Shown here one piece after another: positions 55,511 through 64,000 of a stretch of 64,000 nt of DNA (position 1 is its first letter; each line of letters opens with the position of its first letter). The stretch lies in the NCBI RefSeq assembly GCF_009914755.1, contig NC_060927.1. One strand, written 5' to 3'. Both the position numbers and the translations under genes were made by a program. The notes under the pieces were generated by a model. That model did not search any database. It worked only from the letters and a program-made list of their open reading frames with translations, and was not told where the DNA came from. The stretch is from the human T2T-CHM13v2.0 reference genome, Homo sapiens.

Positions 55511-55989
55511 AAGAGAAGCAAGAAACCAAATACTGGGGGATATATTGCACAAGTATAACTTCAAGAAACCCAAGCCAGTGCAAACAATTCAAAAAATAAT
55601 GGAACCCGAAGACAGCGAACCTTCCAGGGATGCTATGGACATTTATCCCCTCTGCTAACATTTATGTTTCTGTAGTTGAGGTTCAGTTATATCACAGTTT
55701 AGACAACTCCCTAGAAACAATGATCCCTGTTAAAGCTGCTCCAGGAGCACAGGAATTCCTTTGATGAGCTCTAAGAGATTGGTAACAATACCTCGTGAAG
55801 GGCCGTGTTGCTAGGTAACAGCTTGTTTCCTTGGTCACAGTGAATCCGTGGAAGACCCCCAAAAGAGGCTGCAGATTCTTAGTGGACAGCTCTCATATCC
55901 CCTCCAGGGAAAATGATGAAAAATGTCTTCAGAAAAATAGCTTTATGAAGGCAAGAGGACTTTTTGCACCTGCAAGACATGTCTGAAAG
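55511..55989 (+). pseudogene. Candidate decayed large exon (post-PH linker)
   Basis: Strong acceptor ttttgcttctttttctacag|, in frame with the previous exon (WINK-REARNQILGDILHKY); stops follow; donor AAG|gtaaga. Confidence 0.5.
55807..55838. promoter_or_regulatory. Tandem RFX X-box-like motifs
   Basis: GTTGCTAGGTAACA at 55807 and GTTTCCTTGGTCAC at 55825. Confidence 0.45.
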
Positions 55990-57020
55990 GTAAGAAAATT
56001 AAATTAAAAGTAAACTTCATCATTAGTTGAGCTAGAGAAAAAAGCCAAACAAACGTAGATAGTGTTACCAGATTAAATTTCCTTTAGAGACATAAAGTCA
56101 TGCAGCCTACATTACTGATTATGGTTGCCTTAAGAGAGAAGCAAACTCAACTGCCACCGTCTCCCCTAATACCTGGTTACAAATGCAATGCAGTTTCTGT
56201 GATCATTGTTGTGATGGAGAGAGGTGGGCTTACTCCTTTAGTAATGGTATGTCTAAGAGACACAGGACTCTTCAAGAAAGCATTTGTGATTTTCATGAAA
56301 AAAATAGGCAAGATAGCTGAAAGGCAATATCTATTAGTGTTTCAGTTTAAAAGAAATTACTATCATAAAAACATGACTTATACCAGCTCATTAAAGCCAC
56401 AAATTAGATTAAATAGAGGCCCAAACCCAATGTTTGTTTCCTCACTCCTAAATTTCACAGCTGTCTCGTAAGTGTTTCTCAAACATGCTGATAATTAAAC
56501 AATATACAGTTGGAGATTTGCATGCTTCTTGAAAATTTTTTTTGTTTTTATATTTTATATTAGTATATAACCTGGCTCTCACTTTTTAAAAACTGATATT
56601 TGCATCTTCAATTTTCAAGACTAAGTACATCGTGGTTTCATAAAAGTGTACAAAACTTATTTATAGCTTCCATTTACTACCTATAATTAAGATATGAATT
56701 GTGTTTAGGTAAGGGATTAGAATATCAAAGGAGTGATAGAAATTCTATTGTTTAGCCAATTCTGTATATCTCAAACAGTGTCAAGATACTTGATTTTAAC
56801 ATTGAAAATTAAATGTGTATTAATTTCGAGAAATTAGCATACAAAACAATAGTTTAAAATGGGTAGTAGTTCCGTGCAGAATTGTAAACTTCATTTTTTC
56901 TCTACTTAATAAAACTCTTTTAGTACACTATAACAAAAGGTTTATTTGTTCAATATAAAATGATCTTTACTATCAGCATTGTTATTTTTCAACTAGTAAA
57001 TCTTTATAAAATGATTTTAG

Positions 57021-57375
<355 letters not shown>

Positions 57376-57426
57376 TACACCCAGGATACAACTTAAACTT
57401 TAATCTTCAAATTGTGAAAGGCAAAA

Positions 57427-57713
57427 GAAGGAAGGAAGGAAGGAAGGAAGGAAGGAAGGAAGGAAGGAAGGAAGGAAGGAGGGAGGGAGGGAGGGAGGAA
57501 GGAGGGGACAGGAGGGGAGGAGAGGAGGGAGGGGAGGGGGGAGGGGAGGAGGGAGGGGAGGGGGGAGGGGAGGAGGGAGGGGAGGGGAAGAAGGAAGGAA
57601 GGAAGGAGGGAAGGAGAGAGGGAGGGGAGGGAGGCAGGAAGGAAGGGAGGGAGGAATGAAGGAAGGAAGGAAGGGAGGGAGGGAGGGACGGAAGGCGGGA
57701 AGGAGAAAAGAAA
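57427..57713 (+). repeat. Polypurine tract: (GAAG)13, G-rich 24-bp repeats, further GGAA units
   Basis: About 290 nt almost entirely G/A. Confidence 0.96.
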
Positions 57714-59989
57714 AGTTTCTTTGATGACAGTATTTCTTCAATCACATTTCTGCAAATCATGAAACAAGAATCTTATTCATCCCACCTTCCTAAAACACTG
57801 TCATTTCATTTGGCATTTTATAGTTTTATTTCTGCTAGCAAGATCTACCTCAATCACATATTTTCTTTTAGTATCTATATTCTTCTAGCTCATAGTGCTG
57901 TATGTGGTTAAATTTGCAAAGCTGTAACAACATAGGGAATAGTAGATATTCATCAAGTATTGAAAACCACCTAAGCTGCAGCTATAAATGTTGTTACAAT
58001 ATAGCTCTAAAAGTTTCTAAATATAATTTCATAGAGGGAACATAGAGATAGTTCAGCCTATCTTCATTGGTTCTGTTATTTGAATATATCTTTTGCTTCT
58101 ATAAATGTCAGTGAACCCACTAGTAGCTACTGAAGTTTACAAGTTTTACCTCTAGAGAAGTATTATAGGTGTTTGTTCTTTTACTTTTGTTGTACCTTAG
58201 TTTGGTGGCCTATAAATGTTTATAAGAATATTTATGGGGCTAAAATAATAGAGACCTGCAAAATTTATGAGAATAAAAATTGGGTCACATAAAATCTGAC
58301 TCATTCAGACTGAGGTAGAGAAAAAGCAATTGCAATTGTGAATTTTTCAAAATTGAAATTTATTATTGTATGCTTTTAGAATCAACAATCTAAATCATTT
58401 AGGACACATCCGTTGAAATTCTAGGCTTTGGGATAAGTGAAATATTTTTGGAATATCTCTAAAACACCTAGCTTTTCAGAATAGTTCACTGATAAATAAT
58501 TATTTACTCAATTTACATGTTTACTTCCAGCAACTTAATTTAAAGCTATCAGTATATAGTAATAATCTTCAAATTAAAAAATCTAGCAAATTTGCCAGTG
58601 TAGAAATTGACAACTTATAATATCAAATTTCTTCCTGACTTTATGATAACTCCATTGAGAATTCTTTCAATTTTCTCATTACCATGTCTGGCATGTAAAG
58701 AGTACAATCATGACCCATTTTACAAACAAAACACAAGCATAGAGAGGACAGAAATTCTGGGTTTTAAATATTTTAAAAAATGGTCTGAGAAATCAAAGAG
58801 GCTGAATTCACATTTCCTTTCATTCAAATTTAATGCTATAGAGTTCATAGTAATTCTATTCTAGCCCATGCCTCAGAAGTACCTGGCTTTGGTGAGATCC
58901 CACTGAATTTGAGACTCCAGCTCAATATTTTTTTAGAAGGAGAAGGAGGCTGAGAGATTGGAAAGAGTGCCCTTTGCTAACTGAAAAATAAAGTTGAACA
59001 TGCTTTCCTTCCTTCTAAATACAAAGCCCTCATGTTGAAGCAATGAATATAAATGGAACATTTAGAAACTGAGTCACATGCTATACTATTTTGACAACCC
59101 TACATGTCTTAAAGGAGCCATGGCCTGTGTATGATGTGTGCTCAACATATCTTTATGCAACCTAAGAGCTCAACTTCACATTAGAAAGTGGGCCATCTGT
59201 CACTTCCTCCTTCACTCGCCTTACAAAGTTACATAATCACCAACTTGACATTTTAATCAAACAGATAGTAACCGTTGCTGCAGACAATGTATGAGGCTTA
59301 TAAAGTTGTGATTGTAAAGAACATTGCAATCTTCTGCTGAAAGGGCTCACGAATTGATACATTATATTATTGTTGTTCATCCAGCAGTCTCAGCTCACCT
59401 GATCCTTTTTGTTATCCATTCTACACCTTTTTTCAACCAAGACTAGATGGCCAATTCAGATAACGCCAGCTATTTTAAAGACACTATAAATCATGGTTGA
59501 CAAATGCTGTACAGTTTTAGCCATGGTACCTTCTCCATGGCAGCTTTATATTGGAACATTAATAAAATTAATTCCTCTTTCATAAAGGTTTAGATTTGTA
59601 ATTTATGATAACTTTGTTCACTGCAGGCAGAAAGATTAAAAATAAGTAAACCAATATACCAACTAAACTGCATTTGTCTGGTTTTATTTTCTTTTGGGAA
59701 GGGGAGATGGGAGCATTTAAAAAAAAAGTTTGATGTTATCTGGAATGGCGTTCTCATAGGTTCTACTACTGAAGGCTTAACTTTTGTTTTCAATAAATAA
59801 TAACTGCTTGAATTTACATGTTCTATTAACTAGTACAATTATATGTGTTTAAGTGAAGTAATTAAAATAAGAAAAATCAATATTAATGATTTTTCTTAAT
59901 AACAACTGCACCCTAATGGTGATAGATCTCTTCAGTAATTTAAGAAATGACAGTAGTTTATCTGCATCTTGTATGAATTCTAGCAGTTA

Positions 59990-60180
59990 AGATCACTGGT
60001 CATTTACTAATGTAACTTGAGCAAGTTACCCTCTCTCTCTGTGCCTAAATTTCCTCATCTTTAAAGTTGAAATAATGTTATTCATTTCACTAGGTGATTG
60101 GAATGATTAAATGTGTTAATTCATGTAAATCTCTTAGTATAATGCCTACCACATAGCAAATGTCAATAAATGTAAACTGT
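59990..60180 (+). mobile_element. MIR
   Basis: ttgagcaagttac..tctctgtgcctaaatttcctcatct..gattaaatg. Confidence 0.82.
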
Positions 60181-60841
60181 AAAAGTATAATTTTAGTAAT
60201 AGCAGCACTTGTCATTATAGCAGTAATATTACAAAACAAAACACCTTATCCCTGAGGCACAATCCACATTATCATCTGAATATTAAAGATACAGAACTGA
60301 GGAGCAGAGATTATGCTAAATGCCTTGACGAGGGTCATAGTAGTCACTGGTTTTCAAACTCCTAGGACTTGCAGTTCTTGCCATTTTGACTTCAATGATG
60401 TGCACATTAAGGCAGTTGTAGATGGAGAAGTTTGAGTGAGTTATATAACCTAACCTGGAGGGTACCCTATGTTTTGTTTTATTTTTAAAACTAAATGATC
60501 AGAAATGATCTTGTTTTGCTGAGATTTCTCCAAAGGAGCAGACTGAAGAAAAATCCCATATGGAATTTATAACAGAAGTGACAGAACTAAGATTCTGAGA
60601 ATGTCCCAGAGGTTTTTAACACAAGCTCCTCCCAGCACACTGCCCTTTATCACTGTACCCTGGTGTGGTGTCTGGAGTAATACAAGAATGTGAGAAAAGG
60701 ATCCAGACTTTGGGGCCCACAAGCAGATTTCACACTCAAAGACAATCCGACTAGTCGTCTATTGATTGGAATTTTCTTAGCTGAAACACAACCATTCTTC
60801 AATTCATTTTTCTGTCCATTCTGAAAAAAATGAAATGCATT

Positions 60842-60913
60842 GAGAGAGAGAGAGAGAAGAAAGAGAGAGAGGGAGAGAGGGGAGGAAGGAGAGGAAGAGA
60901 CAGAGAGAGAAAG
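60842..60913 (+). repeat. GA-rich low-complexity tract
   Basis: Directly visible. Confidence 0.88.
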
Positions 60914-62821
60914 ATGGTAAGGGTGTTAGCTGCCTACTTACTTGTATTACTAAAGTTTTAATTACCTTCTATTATTAATAAATGCCTGGTCATTACTGGG
61001 ATAATGCCATAAAGAGTTCTAGTTTAAACCAGAAAGAAATCTAATGTAAACTAAGATGATGAGATAATTTTCACTTCTACTTTAAAACTTAATTTTACCT
61101 TGAGGTTGTTAGGCTTAGTCTTGCAAAACTACACAAGAAGGTACAATAAAAACCCAATCAACTGGATCTTTCTTATCAGATCTTGTAATTATGTGAACTT
61201 TATTTTCCTTGTGTCCTACTTTAAGGAGATTATATAAGCAAGATAAAACCATGTCTCATACTTTAGAGGGAGACTTCCAAGTTATTCTATTAACCCAACC
61301 CCTCATTGTGTAACCATCGTTGGAGTTTGTAATCACAAGACACAAGTCACTGAAGAAAGATTTATCCATATTCATTGTCCTTATTTTTCTTATTTTATTC
61401 TGGCATAAAATGGCTAGCATATTTTAGTAAAGACAAATGAACCCAAAAGTCAGTTAAACTTTCACTCCTGTTAATCCTCTGATATAATATTCTCTTTCCC
61501 CTCAATTTTTTCTCATAATTACTGGCTAAAACTCCAGGTTTAGATGGCAGGATTTATCTGCTTTAGGAATAATAAAATTCAGAAATTTTGAGTTTGTTTC
61601 TCTAATGTTTGTTAATTTGTTTTTATGACACGATGCTTTTTGATAATTTCAAGAAATAATATCCAAACCGTTAAAGAATTGCTCAAATGAGACAGAAATG
61701 AGATGCATATATGTTTTGATTTTTTTACATAATTAAGACCAAATTCTTGACTTTTGAATTTAGCGGCAGACAGAGAAATAATTTTCTTCTTGATCATAGG
61801 TCATTTTTTAAAAAAATTAATGGCACAGTAATGATATTTTAGAATATGAAACTTTTTAAAGAACGATGCTATTTTAGAATATAATCGTTGTGCTCTTCTA
61901 CTGTACTAGCTCAGTTAATAAGTGAAAAATGAAAGATGTTTCTACATTGTACTTCATGAAGGCAACCTTAATAAACAAGAAGTGTGTAGTTTCCTATCAG
62001 TGAAATTGCTATTAGAGTCATAATAAATGTGCTAAAAATATAGAATACTTTCTCTTAAGATTCTTGGCGACTGAAAAATAATCTACCAAGAGAAAAAAAG
62101 AGACCGTAACTATAGAAAGATGTCATTTCTAGTTTTACTTCACACACAAAAAAAATTTAGATTAAAATATTTTAAAATTATTGGCTTAACATAACGTACA
62201 GCATCAATTACAGAAAAAGAAACATCACTATTTCTAAGGAGAAAGGGAAAAGTGTAAGAATAACAATGAATAATAAACCAGAGAATTAGTATAAAATATA
62301 TTTTACATCTCAGTGGTGTAAATATAGGAATACAAGGAGAATTGGACTGTTGTTATATGAAAGGGTTGAGTGGCATTCCAAAGTGAGTAAAATTGATTAA
62401 AGAATCTGACTTTTTAAGTCATTTGCCACTAATCTAAGGAAATATAATAGGCTTGGGGAAAATATCGGGAAAATTTAAGTTCCAGAATCATGCAGAGATT
62501 TTAAGGATGGCTATAAGTGCCAGATCTGCAGCTGTAGCTCTACTAGGAATGATGTTCCAACATCAACATAAGGGCTGTACTCCTTGGTATCTTATAAGCG
62601 TGTGTGTGTGTGTGTTTTCATGTATACTATTAGATGCCTTTTTCTAAGACACACAGTCTATGCAGCCACCCTTACCTTTGAGGAGAATTTGTCTTAAGAG
62701 ACCATTAGCCATAAAAATTTGCTTAGAACTATGAAAAGAGGTAAAAATCCTTCTAAAATCTACGGTATTATCTTTCTTTTAGGGGAAAACTTTATGCTTA
62801 TAATTTGTTGTTGGTTGTGTT

Positions 62822-63171
<350 letters not shown>

Positions 63172-63214
63172 TAAAACACATATATGAACACTTTAAGTGT
63201 TTTCTTTTACTCAG

Positions 63215-63359
63215 CTCCTCAGGTCAAAACACAAGTAGTCAAGAGATTTGTCCATCTAATTCATCATACTACTCTGATCCAAGTGAGACCCACACTGGGT
63301 CAGCTCCATCAAGGAGAAGAACATTCCACCCACGTTTGGATTCTGGAATATCATCCTTG
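63215..63359 (+). pseudogene. Candidate 145-nt exon with open Ser-rich frame
   Basis: ttttcttttactcag| ... TTG|gtaaat; SSGQNTSSQEICPSNSSYYSDPSETHTGSAPSRRRTFHPRLDSGISSL, phase-compatible with the donor at 55989. Confidence 0.5.
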
Positions 63360-64000
63360 GTAAATATTTTTAATTAACTCTTTACCTGATGATAATTTTA
63401 TAGAACATATTTTATTTGATATTCAACGTTTCAAAATAAGTATATTAGCTGTTTATCCCTACCCTTGTAATTGTGAGAGGAGAAATGAAAAGTTGACACT
63501 CTCAGTTCCAATTCAAAGAGTAAAAAAGAAAGAAGTTGGATTGGAGGAAGGAAGATCAAAAAGGAGGAGAAGATGAGTAGAAAAGATAATGACCATTAAA
63601 GCCAAAATGGCACTCCTTCCTTTCTCCTGCTGAGTGCAAATTCTGTCTCTATTCTGCGATTTCCTTTCCTTTCTTTCTGGAATTTCCTTTGTCTGCAAGA
63701 TACATTTTTCTTTTTTCCTGAACTCACCACTTCTAAGACATTCTCTCTAAGCTATCTAACTGGAATCATACACGCCTTTTCCCCCTTCCCTTCATACATA
63801 ATTATTCTAGCCATCCCTCTGGCTTAAGGTGAGTTATTCAAATGTCTACCTGCCAAATTACAGAAAATTAGTTTTTCAAGCACAATTATCATGTTTTATT
63901 CAACTTTCTATCCCCAGTGTTTAACAGAATGCCTGACATATAATGTGGTAAAATATATATTTTTGAATAAAATGCGATGAAGCATGCTAGCATCAAAAAA

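Noticed and set aside
55913-55986. ATGATGA...CTGA spacing like a C/D box snoRNA
   Set aside because: No terminal stem or convincing C'/D' boxes; expected by chance.

Overview
AT-rich primate (human-like) genomic DNA, roughly half interspersed repeats: about 18 Alu/FLAM/FRAM copies, old L1M and L2 fragments, MIRs, MaLR/ERV solo LTRs and MER5/MER30/MER33/MADE1 DNA-transposon fossils. I see no CpG island, intact protein-coding gene or RNA gene, and most ORFs in the supplied track are repeat or low-complexity artefacts. The main non-repeat signal is a series of about 12 plus-strand, splice-bounded, exon-sized segments between 17.3 and 63.4 kb. Read with stops and frameshifts, their translations resemble, in order, PH, PH, DEP, PDZ, PH, PH and a Ser-rich tail. 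I interpret this as a heavily decayed multi-exon (possibly unitary) pseudogene of a signalling scaffold. The call comes from reading motifs by eye across frames and needs HMM or alignment confirmation. Other observations: a locus-derived 32-bp inverted duplication of an old LTR end, a 3x53-bp hairpin-containing VNTR, a 3'-truncated Alu fused to a pseudo-exon, an RFX X-box pair ahead of a still-open spliced ORF, a strong CTCF motif and several enhancer-like motif clusters. Repeat subfamily names and boundaries are approximate and come from recalled consensus sequences.
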